64,000 nt of DNA from an uncultured virus (IMG/VR IMGVR_UViG_3300021961_000033) (taxonomy: Duplodnaviria; Heunggongvirae; Uroviricota; Caudoviricetes), in IMG/VR virus record IMGVR_UViG_3300021961_000033, positions 1 to 64,000 of that record. One strand, given 5' to 3'. The translations under genes were made by a program, and so were the position numbers. The notes under the pieces were generated by a model. The model searched no databases, was not told the origin of the DNA, and worked only from the letters and a program-made list of their open reading frames with translations. Numbering within the stretch: position 1 is the first letter of the stretch; every line of letters starts with the position of its first letter. Positions 38,372-47,508 of this stretch are shown here, in pieces.

Positions 38372-39603
38372 TATACTTTCCTAAAGTGATAGTATTCTCG
38401 CTGTCCACTTGGACGAGCCTGTCCATGTGCTTCCTGTGTAAACTTTGTTTTAAATGCTGCTAGCATCTTGTTTGTGTGATCTATATTGTTTGGGCGGTTT
38501 TCAAGTTTTTGTGTCTCGTGTACAACAACACCACCAGGCGCTAACAAGTCGTAATAAGCATCAACTATCTCTTGTTCTGTTAATCCGCCAAAGTCACGCA
38601 ATTGAATACTCACTGCTAAACTTAATACAATATCATAGTAGTCAGTTGCTTTGAACTTCATATAGTCATTGAATGTGCCTGTGTACCATTTTACATTGGC
38701 TGGCTTTTTATCATCACGTAACTTTACAAAAGGTTCTACGCCTGTTGCTTTTGCTACATGTGGTGCCATAAGTTTGGTAATGAATCCATCATTGCATCCA
38801 ATATCAATCAATTGTGCATTTCCGTTCCATTGTTGTGCTAGTTCAACAAGTTTCATACGTTGGACTCTATCTTCTGCATCAGCAATGCCATAACGCTTTT
38901 GATATTTGTTCCATTCTTTGACTACTTTTTCTGGTGGTTGTGTAAACATTGTCATATTATCCCATATTTCTCTTGGATTACCTTTGCGTAACTCATCAAA
39001 CTTAGACTTGTCAGATAGTTTAGCCATTAGCTCACTTTCCCAACTTTGTCTTGGATCATCTAGACAAATGTGTAGTGCTTGTCTAAACTCATCCTTGTTG
39101 TAAAAACTGTATAGATATCCTAACCTATCACTTAATCTTTCGTGTGCTAGACTGTTTATTGGACACGACATCTCAAAGTCTATTAAACTTATTTCGCCAT
39201 CCTGTATACAAAAGTTACTTAGCGGAAACTTTGCGAAGTCTTTTGATTTACTTGCTGGATCCATTCCTGGATAGAAATACATTATGTTAGCATGTTCTAG
39301 TTCATTTGCAATACAATCAATTTGATCATGATACTTGGTTAAATTGTGTTCATGCCATGTGTGAAATAAACTTTCGCCAACTAATGTCATTGCTAAACTA
39401 TGATCAGTTTTGTCTGCACCTATCATGTTAGGAAAATGTAGTTTTCCTTGTAGTCTTTGCAAACAAGTTGTTTCTCGTAACCAACAATCATATATGCTAC
39501 CGCGGGCAGGCTTAACACTTTTTTTATTTCTAGTACTGTAACTTTTTACAACATGCTCTCCTGTCATAAAACACCAGCTAGCTTTGCCCATAGTATACTG
39601 CAT
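38371..39603 (-). CDS. Kinase-like plus SAM-methyltransferase fusion
   Basis: N-terminal VVK..RE..L.RL..HFP...N...LIDFE; C-terminal LIDIGCNDG, YDIVLSL, LAPGG. Confidence 0.7.
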   Translation of the reverse strand: MQYTMGKASWCFMTGEHVVKSYSTRNKKSVKPARGSIYDCWLRETTCLQRLQGKLHFPNMIGADKTDHSLAMTLVGESLFHTWHEHNLTKYHDQIDCIANELEHANIMYFYPGMDPASKSKDFAKFPLSNFCIQDGEISLIDFEMSCPINSLAHERLSDRLGYLYSFYNKDEFRQALHICLDDPRQSWESELMAKLSDKSKFDELRKGNPREIWDNMTMFTQPPEKVVKEWNKYQKRYGIADAEDRVQRMKLVELAQQWNGNAQLIDIGCNDGFITKLMAPHVAKATGVEPFVKLRDDKKPANVKWYTGTFNDYMKFKATDYYDIVLSLAVSIQLRDFGGLTEQEIVDAYYDLLAPGGVVVHETQKLENRPNNIDHTNKMLAAFKTKFTQEAHGQARPSGQREYYHFRKV

Positions 39604-40376
39604 TAGTTTTTAATTTCTTTAACTTTCCACATACGACCTGTACCATTGAACTCGCCAATAATATTAATACTTCTACGAGTATGTTGTGGATTGATTCTTG
39701 GTGTAACACTATGTACACTGTTCTTTACATTAAGGAACATGCAAAAGGTATTGCGCTTATAGGGCACTTGCTTTACTGCATGATGTAAACTGTTGTCCAC
39801 TTGTCTGCCCAGTGTTTTGTTTACTTCAGTTATCTCACCTGTAACTTCATGTATAGTAAAATTACCGCCCACACTTTCGTCACCAGGCTTACGCATATAC
39901 AAGAGCCCAGCATAAATTTCTACTGGGTTGTCAACATGAGGTGTTCTGCTTGTGCCGGTCTCGTCTACTGGCTCATGTACTACAAACTGACAGTCTGTTA
40001 CAAAGTGGCCACTATTGTCTACATCCCTAACTGTCACAGGTTTAGCATATAGTTCTGTTAGCAGTTCAGGATATAGCCTTTCAAGGTGTGGCTCAAATAA
40101 ACTGATACATTCCCCAAAGTAATCAGCACTGGTATGATATTCAAAAAACTCTTGCCATATGGCTGGTATTTTGCCTTCTACTAGTGCTGGATTACTCTTG
40201 TATCTGTAAGTGATGCCACCATCATGTGCAGGTGTACTTGTAACTAGTTCTTCAGGAAAAGTTTCCTCAAGTTCTGCATAAATGTGATCAGGCAGCGCAT
40301 CCTCTACGCAAACATGCGGATAAGGATGAGCAAACACTGTCTTTACATTTTGCAGTACACTGAGAACACCGTTCAT
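39603..40376 (-). CDS. 2OG-Fe(II) oxygenase
   Basis: PYPHVCVEDAL, PHVD, LLY..GG, SVHSV..R...RRS. Confidence 0.85.
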   Translation of the reverse strand: MNGVLSVLQNVKTVFAHPYPHVCVEDALPDHIYAELEETFPEELVTSTPAHDGGITYRYKSNPALVEGKIPAIWQEFFEYHTSADYFGECISLFEPHLERLYPELLTELYAKPVTVRDVDNSGHFVTDCQFVVHEPVDETGTSRTPHVDNPVEIYAGLLYMRKPGDESVGGNFTIHEVTGEITEVNKTLGRQVDNSLHHAVKQVPYKRNTFCMFLNVKNSVHSVTPRINPQHTRRSINIIGEFNGTGRMWKVKEIKN

Positions 40377-41176
40377 GCTGGCAATTTACCTGTGCAACAT
40401 AGACTTGCTGTAACATAGCCAACAAGGCCGGCTACAACTAAACTTGCTGTTTGTGGACTTACATACGCCCAGGGTGCTTCACTAATTGCTAGTCCTAAGA
40501 GTGTAGCAAGAGCGCCAATAAGTGCGTCCTTTTCTCCGCCTACACCTTCTCTTACATCCGGAATAGCCCAAAGTATTTCAACAAAGTAAGCACAAACTGC
40601 ATGACATTCTGTGGCAATTACTGCTTGATCAACTGCACCTGCTGCTGCTGCGGCTGCTGTTTCAGCACACAATGGAGCAAACATTGCTGTTGTTTCTTCT
40701 TCGGTCGCAGGGTTGTTTAGTGTAGCAGCAAATGCGCCTGAGATAGCTGCACTAACAGTAATAGTACAAATATTCTCCGCTAGGTATTCACCCATTGCTA
40801 CAAGATCTTTGCCTACAGCTTCAGCACCTGCTTCAAATGCTTTTCCTGCTGTAACACAACCTGCTGTAAATTCATCACAGCCAATTTGTGCACCTTGTGC
40901 TGCTTTGTTCCAACTGTCTACTGTGCTTTGCGTTGCTGGGCGAAGTACTTGACTGTTAATTGTGTTAATAGCATCTGTGGTTGCTTGGGCGGTTGCATTG
41001 TATGCATCAGTTGCTGTTTTTGCTACTGTGTTAGCGGCATCAACTGTACCATCTGCTACTGTATTTGCTACATCTGTTGCAGTTTTTCCCACAGTGTTTG
41101 TTACTGTTGATGTTCCTTTGGCAATATCATTGCCTACTTTTTGCCAACTTGACTTTTTGAACGGATTCCATCCCAT
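40373..41176 (-). CDS. Ala/Thr-rich protein with 11-mer repeats and a hydrophobic Cys-rich C-terminus
   Basis: 267-aa ORF coupled to both neighbours. Confidence 0.7.
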   Translation of the reverse strand: MGWNPFKKSSWQKVGNDIAKGTSTVTNTVGKTATDVANTVADGTVDAANTVAKTATDAYNATAQATTDAINTINSQVLRPATQSTVDSWNKAAQGAQIGCDEFTAGCVTAGKAFEAGAEAVGKDLVAMGEYLAENICTITVSAAISGAFAATLNNPATEEETTAMFAPLCAETAAAAAAGAVDQAVIATECHAVCAYFVEILWAIPDVREGVGGEKDALIGALATLLGLAISEAPWAYVSPQTASLVVAGLVGYVTASLCCTGKLPA

Positions 41177-42066
41177 TATTTTAGACCTTTCGATTTGACT
41201 TGTTGTTCTGCATCGTATTCGTGCGGGTTTTTTAATTTTTCCTTACGGATGTCTGCTTTAGTAACATGCCTGAGATCCTGCCACCATTCGCCTGTAGCAA
41301 AATGATCATACTGCCTAGCATATACATCACCCACTAAACTTTTGCCCACTTCCTTGCGGAAGCCTTTTAGATGATCCATATACTTGCCTAGTACACTGTT
41401 AATAAAAACATGACCGCCCATACTTGGACCGCCTAGGTCACGATGCCCTGCATCTGCAAAGTCCTGTACCATTTCTCCAAATATAAAACTATCATGACTC
41501 TCTTCATGATTAAAAATATCGTCGCTTTCGTATATCCAACGCCACTGACTCATAAACTCTTCAAACTGTGGGTGGCGTCTATTAAACATCATCCAACCAC
41601 ATTCTGGCCAGGTTTTGCGTCCTAGGTGTGTAGTAAGTTGTTGTTCACTGGGAGCGATCTCTTGTAAAAATTCCATAGGCATTGGAGTATGTGTACGCAC
41701 ATCACCATCACACCAGATCATAATGTCTGCATCGGTGTGTTTAGCAAAGTGCCAGAGTGCAAACACCTTGTTTGCAAATCTACTTGCATCCCATAGAAAA
41801 CTTTTCTTTGACTTGTCAGCATTCCAACCGTGAGCATGTGGATTATCTTTATGACGTTCTTGCCAGGCTTTAAGGTCTGGCAGTGTAGAGCGTTGATCCA
41901 AAACTTCTATGTTGTCAGCATTGTATGTGTTTGGCTCGTGGTCCTCTGCATAAATTGTTAACTTTACTTCACTAGGCCAGTTTTGTAGGAAGCCCTGTAT
42001 AAAGTGGTTACCGTACTTTTTATAGCCTGTAGGATGCCACGTGGTAAATACTGATAATGTACGCAT
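41176..42066 (-). CDS. GT-A glycosyltransferase-like protein
   Basis: Start MRTLSV at 42066; WDASRFANKV, WCDGD (DxD), ECG, HDSF, DHLKG. Confidence 0.75.
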   Translation of the reverse strand: MRTLSVFTTWHPTGYKKYGNHFIQGFLQNWPSEVKLTIYAEDHEPNTYNADNIEVLDQRSTLPDLKAWQERHKDNPHAHGWNADKSKKSFLWDASRFANKVFALWHFAKHTDADIMIWCDGDVRTHTPMPMEFLQEIAPSEQQLTTHLGRKTWPECGWMMFNRRHPQFEEFMSQWRWIYESDDIFNHEESHDSFIFGEMVQDFADAGHRDLGGPSMGGHVFINSVLGKYMDHLKGFRKEVGKSLVGDVYARQYDHFATGEWWQDLRHVTKADIRKEKLKNPHEYDAEQQVKSKGLK

Positions 42067-42079
42067 ATTACTATTTACC

Positions 42080-42937
42080 ATGAAGATATCACACTTCCCA
42101 AATAACTTACCAACAAACCAAAATATGGTTTATCCCCAACTAATTGATGCAATAAAAAGCACAGATGAATTAGTTGAGGGGAACATGGATGCTGATGCTG
42201 CACTTATATGGAGTGTACTTTGGTTTGGCAAGATGAGTGGTAATAAGCGAGTATGGGATCATTATCGTGCACAGGGCAAGCCAGTAGTTGTTATAGAAGT
42301 TGGCGGCCTTATACGCAACGAAACTTGGAAACTAGGTATTAATGGAATAAATCGAGATGCTGATTTTGCACTGGACGTGGGCATAAATCCTGATAGGGTC
42401 AAACAATTAGGTGTCGTAAAGGAGCCCTGGAACTGTGCACAGAAGCCTTACATATTAATATGTGGTCAGCATGCTCATAGTTTACAGTGGGAAGGCATGC
42501 CAGACATGGACACCTACTTCCGCAACACTGTAACTGAAATACGCAAACAGTATGATAATCCTATTGTACTAAGAGCACATCCTCGTTTTAGAGAAAACTT
42601 ACATTTTAGTATAAGTGATCCTGGTTGGTATAAAGAGCAAAACTGTGAATGGAATATTGCAAAGCCTGTACAGAAAACTTACGACAGTTTTGACTTAGAA
42701 GACCAACTTAAAGAAACTTTTTTAACTGTAAGTTTTAGTAGTAACGCCGGCGTAAACAGTATTATAAAAGGTATTCCTAGCATAGTAAGTGAACACAGTT
42801 TAGCCTGGGATATGAGTAGTACTATGCAAGAAGTGCGTTGCTTTGCTCGTAGTGAATGGCTAATCAAGATGTGTAACATTGAATGGCGTGCTGATGAAAT
42901 AGGCACACAATGGCAGCGTTTAAGGACTAAGCTCTAA
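42080..42937 (+). CDS. Capsule-biosynthesis (KpsC/KpsS-like) GT-B protein
   Basis: Reads on + (the track labels it -); IEVG, ILICGQ, LRAHP, SSNAGVNSIIKGIP. Confidence 0.7.
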   Translation: MKISHFPNNLPTNQNMVYPQLIDAIKSTDELVEGNMDADAALIWSVLWFGKMSGNKRVWDHYRAQGKPVVVIEVGGLIRNETWKLGINGINRDADFALDVGINPDRVKQLGVVKEPWNCAQKPYILICGQHAHSLQWEGMPDMDTYFRNTVTEIRKQYDNPIVLRAHPRFRENLHFSISDPGWYKEQNCEWNIAKPVQKTYDSFDLEDQLKETFLTVSFSSNAGVNSIIKGIPSIVSEHSLAWDMSSTMQEVRCFARSEWLIKMCNIEWRADEIGTQWQRLRTKL

Positions 42938-43698
42938 CGCTCGTATCTATAATCGTAAACTTGACCATCCATCCAGGTTGTGACTAGGCCCTGATTGGAC
43001 AAGTAACCTTTTTCATATATAATTTCTGACATGTTTGTTGTTAGTAAATCTTTTTCCACTAAATGATACCAAGTTGTATTATAGTCAAGTGGTTCACTGA
43101 CTTTATAAGTCATAACCTCTATCCTGTCTACATATGCTTCTTTCTTCATATAGAAACTTTTAGTATCAAACCCGTTAAGTGCTAGCAGGTATAATAGTTG
43201 AGTAGTAGTAAATGTATTAAAACTAAGCGGCAGTGTATAGTTTGTAAACTGATGGTATAGTACATTTATTGTAGTTGGCACACACAAATAAAGCATGCCG
43301 CCGTCTGCTGTAACCTTATTAACATTATTTAAAAACCACAATGGACTCCAACTGTACTGCATGACATCATGGCACCAAACTACGTCAAACTTCTTTTCAA
43401 ACTCTCCCATGCCTTGTTCAGTATTAAAGTCATGTTTAACTGTTGTTATGTTTTTCTCTACAGGCTGTACTACATCAATTTTGTTAAGTCCAACACAGTC
43501 TATATTGAGGCGACGTCCTGGATTTTCCTCATCAAACTCATCAGTCATATTAGCCCAGTACTTTAGGTCTAATAATTCTTTACCGCAGCCTATATCTAAC
43601 ACACTACTTACACTAGTTTTGAACTCATAATGTTCATTTAACTTTTCTAGCGTTTCTAAACTATGCTCGTGACTTTCTTGCTCACTAGTAAATATCAT
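42934..43698 (-). CDS. Class I SAM-dependent methyltransferase
   Basis: VLDIGCG, FDVVWCHD, GGMLYL. Confidence 0.82.
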   Translation of the reverse strand: MIFTSEQESHEHSLETLEKLNEHYEFKTSVSSVLDIGCGKELLDLKYWANMTDEFDEENPGRRLNIDCVGLNKIDVVQPVEKNITTVKHDFNTEQGMGEFEKKFDVVWCHDVMQYSWSPLWFLNNVNKVTADGGMLYLCVPTTINVLYHQFTNYTLPLSFNTFTTTQLLYLLALNGFDTKSFYMKKEAYVDRIEVMTYKVSEPLDYNTTWYHLVEKDLLTTNMSEIIYEKGYLSNQGLVTTWMDGQVYDYRYER

Positions 43699-44015
43699 TT
43701 ATATAATACACCTATCATACTGTACTGTCTAGCATACTGCCAGGTTTCATTAAACATTCTCAAATGATTTTCTATGCTACGAATTTTACCGTCTGTTGGT
43801 CTTTTAACAGCATCTAAACATTCATTATGTGCACTATTTAACTCTCGTTTAGCGTTAGAATAGAACTTTTGGCAATCTCTATATTTGGCCCAGGTCTCTT
43901 TAGATGTTTCTTTGTTACGCATTGCTCTAAGCATTGTATGTTTTTCTTGTTCGAAATCTTCTAAGAACCGTTCTACTTGTTCAAGCAAGTCCATTATGCG
44001 TTGATGCTTATCCAT
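43695..44015 (-). CDS. Hypothetical helical protein
   Basis: 106 aa, coupled to uvsY. Confidence 0.65.
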   Translation of the reverse strand: MDKHQRIMDLLEQVERFLEDFEQEKHTMLRAMRNKETSKETWAKYRDCQKFYSNAKRELNSAHNECLDAVKRPTDGKIRSIENHLRMFNETWQYARQYSMIGVLYK

Positions 44016-44473
44016 TATACCTGGACGTCTTCCATACCAGCAGTGCGTAACCTAACTATGTGTCCGCTCATCCACTGCTTGGAATCCAATCCTTTCATTA
44101 TGCCCAACCACTTGTTGCGTAATAAGGCAACTTCATTAATAAGTGATTCGAAGTCTACCACTTCATCTTCACCATCCACATACTTTTCTGCATCTCTGCT
44201 AGTAAGTGCTCGTGGATAGTTTTCCAGATACTTTACAAAATGTTTACGTCTAATTTTGCGTAATTGTATGTTTAAAAAATTAAGAACGGCTTCAACTTCC
44301 TGCAACTGATTGAATCTAATTTCAGTAATTGCAGGAAGTTCTTTTATACTCTTTTCTACTAAGCCGTGTATGCCTACTTCACGCCTAGCTAATTCTAGCT
44401 CTGCTTCGTAGTAAGTTATGAAATCTGGTATGTTGGCCAGATTGTCTGTAACTTTTGTATACCAGTTTATCAT
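44015..44473 (-). CDS. uvsY: Recombination mediator UvsY
   Basis: RDAEKYVDGEDEV, helical 152 aa, near uvsX. Confidence 0.75.
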   Translation of the reverse strand: MINWYTKVTDNLANIPDFITYYEAELELARREVGIHGLVEKSIKELPAITEIRFNQLQEVEAVLNFLNIQLRKIRRKHFVKYLENYPRALTSRDAEKYVDGEDEVVDFESLINEVALLRNKWLGIMKGLDSKQWMSGHIVRLRTAGMEDVQV

Positions 44474-44480
44474 AATTATT

Positions 44481-44508
44481 ATTATATAGTATTTTGCAAA
44501 TTTGTCAA
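44481..44508 (-). promoter_or_regulatory. Consensus sigma70 promoter; uvsY mRNA probably leaderless
   Basis: TTGACA-16 bp-TATAAT, ATG 7 nt downstream. Confidence 0.75.
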
Positions 44509-44528
44509 GTGCGAAATTGTAGTCAGCA

Positions 44529-44565
44529 AAATACCAGGAAGTTAATTTCTAACTTCCTGGTATTT
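44529..44565 (-). terminator. Intrinsic terminator
   Basis: 16-bp perfect inverted repeat aaataccaggaagtta/taacttcctggtattt. Confidence 0.8.
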
Positions 44566-44590
44566 AAGTCCATACTTGTTTATTATTAAT

Positions 44591-45535
44591 TTAGTGTGTA
44601 TTACGAATGTTGGCAACAAATCCGGGTGTGAAGAATTCATCAACAACATCATATACTGACTGTGTTAGAGCTTTAAGATTTGTTCTATCTACATCTGTCA
44701 TGCTGGAGATTGTAATACCATTTTTATCACAATCTTGTTCAAACTTTTCACAATCTTCAATAGACCATTTACGTTCTATTGCTGCTGCATTAGCAGCCGC
44801 AACTTTAAATAGCTCTTGAGTTGTTTCATCAAGTTCGTTCCAAAACTTTTTACTGACTGCAATAGTAGTCATAAACATACTATGCTGAGTTTTAAGCACA
44901 TGAGTACCTTTGAAACGCAAATAAGTTGTTTCTGCTGCATCAAGAGAACCCTGTTCAATTTCATCATAGCCATAGCCTAATTCATTATGAGTTTTAGGCT
45001 GTGCGCCAATGTTTTGCATTGTCATAAAGTTTACTGGATTACCATTTACACGCACAGTTGAATCCTGTAAATCATTTAATGAAACAATTGGCTTATTTGA
45101 ACCGATAACACGATACCCGCCACTGTATGTAAATGCGAGACCACGTAATCCTGAACGTTCTGCTAAACTATCACATAGTATTTTACCAATCGGCCCATCA
45201 ACAACTGAGCTTACATGATCATGATCACGGAATAAGAATGGCAAATCTAAAGCATAAAAATCTTTGTTAATTTTGCCAAATGCTGAAACTACTGTTTGGC
45301 TCATTGATATGCGATTATCATCTAATGCATCAAAAATTGACTCATAAGTTCCGCCAGCATCACGCACTGCTTCATCATTGTATTTTTCTACATATTCTGG
45401 TACAGTTAATACTTCAATTTTTAATGCACCTTTTGTAGTTTCTTCGATTTCTGCTGCAAATGCTTCAGCAGTTCTTAGAAACAAATGAATAGGTTCGTGT
45501 GCAATTACCCATTTTACTATTTTTTGAGTTGTCAT
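44591..45535 (-). CDS. dctP: TRAP transporter solute-binding protein DctP-like (no signal peptide)
   Basis: LDLPFLFRDHDH, GYR, PI.SL.DL...VR, G.LDAAE, FWNEL. Confidence 0.85.
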   Translation of the reverse strand: MTTQKIVKWVIAHEPIHLFLRTAEAFAAEIEETTKGALKIEVLTVPEYVEKYNDEAVRDAGGTYESIFDALDDNRISMSQTVVSAFGKINKDFYALDLPFLFRDHDHVSSVVDGPIGKILCDSLAERSGLRGLAFTYSGGYRVIGSNKPIVSLNDLQDSTVRVNGNPVNFMTMQNIGAQPKTHNELGYGYDEIEQGSLDAAETTYLRFKGTHVLKTQHSMFMTTIAVSKKFWNELDETTQELFKVAAANAAAIERKWSIEDCEKFEQDCDKNGITISSMTDVDRTNLKALTQSVYDVVDEFFTPGFVANIRNTH

Positions 45536-45569
45536 AGTATGGAGACTCCTGTATATTAATATAATGTAT

Positions 45570-46187
45570 TTATGTATTTTTTCTCATTAGGTAGGAGTGT
45601 ACATAAGACTCGTCAAATTGTCTTTCTACTACGGCTGGCAAACTATATCTTGTTATATATGTTTTATCTACTTTTATATTACATGAAAGGTGCCCAGGGC
45701 TACCTAAATTTGTGATATGGTATTCCCAACCCCTATCCCTAGCTTCTATTGGATATCCATCTACAAATACATTAATTCTGTTTTCACTGTATTTATCAGA
45801 TTCAGTACAAAATCTTTTTTCAGAAACATATATCCCGCAAGAGCTTCCAAAGGTTATTTTAGGATCAGTGTAGGTATCAACAGAAGCAACTGTATAATTA
45901 CACTTAATATTAGAATATATTAATTTTCCTGGTGTATTTAGACATATCTCTAATGGTATATTGCCATGCATACTATAGGGCATATTAAACTCAGCCAGAA
46001 CTTTTCTATTAATTGAAATATCCCCCATGAGCTCGTTCCATCTAACATTATAGTCTTCAAATGAAAAGTCTGTTACAACGTTAAAGTTAAACTGACTAGT
46101 ATTAAATTTTACTGTTATATCAACATGGCTGTTGTCTGAAAAAATTGCACCAATAATTTGCCACGTGCGCTCTGAGGGATTTTTCAT
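45570..46187 (-). CDS. Hypothetical protein
   Basis: 205-aa ORF. Confidence 0.6.
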   Translation of the reverse strand: MKNPSERTWQIIGAIFSDNSHVDITVKFNTSQFNFNVVTDFSFEDYNVRWNELMGDISINRKVLAEFNMPYSMHGNIPLEICLNTPGKLIYSNIKCNYTVASVDTYTDPKITFGSSCGIYVSEKRFCTESDKYSENRINVFVDGYPIEARDRGWEYHITNLGSPGHLSCNIKVDKTYITRYSLPAVVERQFDESYVHSYLMRKNT

Positions 46188-46198
46188 ATACTTACTTA

Positions 46199-46417
46199 CT
46201 AATAATCCTCATCATCATAATCGTCGGTATCTTGGTCGTTATCGTTATATTCAACTGCTTTTGCTAGAAATTTGTCTTCTGCAGCCATGGCTTCTAGAGT
46301 TTCGTCGCTAACTCCTAAATCTATAAGCTCCCCTATCCAATGGTCGGCTGCATTCTGTTTGTCTTTGATGTACTCTCTTAAAATTATCCACGTTTCAATT
46401 AAGAGTTCATCTTCCAT
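46199..46417 (-). CDS. Small acidic protein downstream of uvsX
   Basis: 72 aa, TAATG-coupled, acidic tail. Confidence 0.7.
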   Translation of the reverse strand: MEDELLIETWIILREYIKDKQNAADHWIGELIDLGVSDETLEAMAAEDKFLAKAVEYNDNDQDTDDYDDEDY

Positions 46418-47493
46418 TATATTTCTTCCTCCACGAGTTCAGTTGTATTTTCTATAGGTTCAACTTCCATGGACTTATTTACCAATCCATTGGAAATGTC
46501 ATGCATGATAACTTCTAACTTTTCTCCATCCCAGCCCTTGCGGAACTCTAGGATTTCTTCACCAGCCGCAGTAGTATACTTTAGCCTGTTGCCTTGCTTT
46601 ACGAGTAGGCCTTGCTTTTCAAACATATCCATTAGGCCACTGTAAGGATCCATGCCTGTTTCGTATGGAATCTTAACCTGCACGCCTTCAAAAGGTTTTG
46701 CATAGCGTGTCTTCATAACCTTACACGCTGAACGGATACCATTTACTTCACTTGTCTTGTTGCCATCCAGATCTTCCTTTAACTTGAGCTTACGCATTGC
46801 AACTACAATACTTGAAGCATAGATAAAGCCTTGTCCACCAGAGATCTTGTCATCCGGATCAAACATGTCTTGTGAAGCGTATGTGTGGTTGGTACACACC
46901 ATGCCAACGTTGTAACTACCAATCATGTTTACAGTGTTACGCACAAGAGCAGTTAGTGCTTTGGGCTTACGACCCATGTCACCTTTCATATCACCCTTGT
47001 CAAACTGATCAACGTCTGTTGGTGTGAGTAGCATACCCAAACTGTCAATTACAAACAGGACCTTGGGACGATCCTCGTCAGCCATGCTCTTATAATCCTT
47101 CATGAATGTTGAAATAGTTTTAGCAACATCATCAATCATACTCATGCTCAATTTGAGCAGTTTGCTTTCATCGGTGTCAACACCAAGTGCGTGTAACCAA
47201 CTTTCATCCAGTGCGTTTTCACTATCAATAAGCACAACAAAGATGCCCTGCTCTTGTGCGTTCTTAACAATGTTAGCACTAGCAAAGTAACTCTTGCCTG
47301 CACCAGATTCCCCAGCAAATACTGTAACCTTGCCCATAGGCACACCTTTGTAAAAGTCGCCACTAATAAGGTAGTTTAGAGCATAGTTGCCTGTGCTAAT
47401 CCAATCAGTTGGATCATGGAACCCAATACTAAGTCCATCAATACTTTTAGTAATATCCTTTCGAAACTTACTTACGTCAAACGGTTTTCCCAT
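46417..47493 (-). CDS. uvsX: RecA-like recombinase UvsX
   Basis: GESGAGKS, IDSENA, VIDSLG, TNHTY, SGGQG, KTR. Confidence 0.95.
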   Translation of the reverse strand: MGKPFDVSKFRKDITKSIDGLSIGFHDPTDWISTGNYALNYLISGDFYKGVPMGKVTVFAGESGAGKSYFASANIVKNAQEQGIFVVLIDSENALDESWLHALGVDTDESKLLKLSMSMIDDVAKTISTFMKDYKSMADEDRPKVLFVIDSLGMLLTPTDVDQFDKGDMKGDMGRKPKALTALVRNTVNMIGSYNVGMVCTNHTYASQDMFDPDDKISGGQGFIYASSIVVAMRKLKLKEDLDGNKTSEVNGIRSACKVMKTRYAKPFEGVQVKIPYETGMDPYSGLMDMFEKQGLLVKQGNRLKYTTAAGEEILEFRKGWDGEKLEVIMHDISNGLVNKSMEVEPIENTTELVEEEI

Positions 47494-47508
47494 AGTAATT
47501 TCCTTGCC

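Noticed and set aside
42041..42937. Track labels this ORF as minus strand, starting at 42041
   Set aside because: It reads on + and most likely starts at ATG 42080; the upstream extension overlaps the divergent gene.
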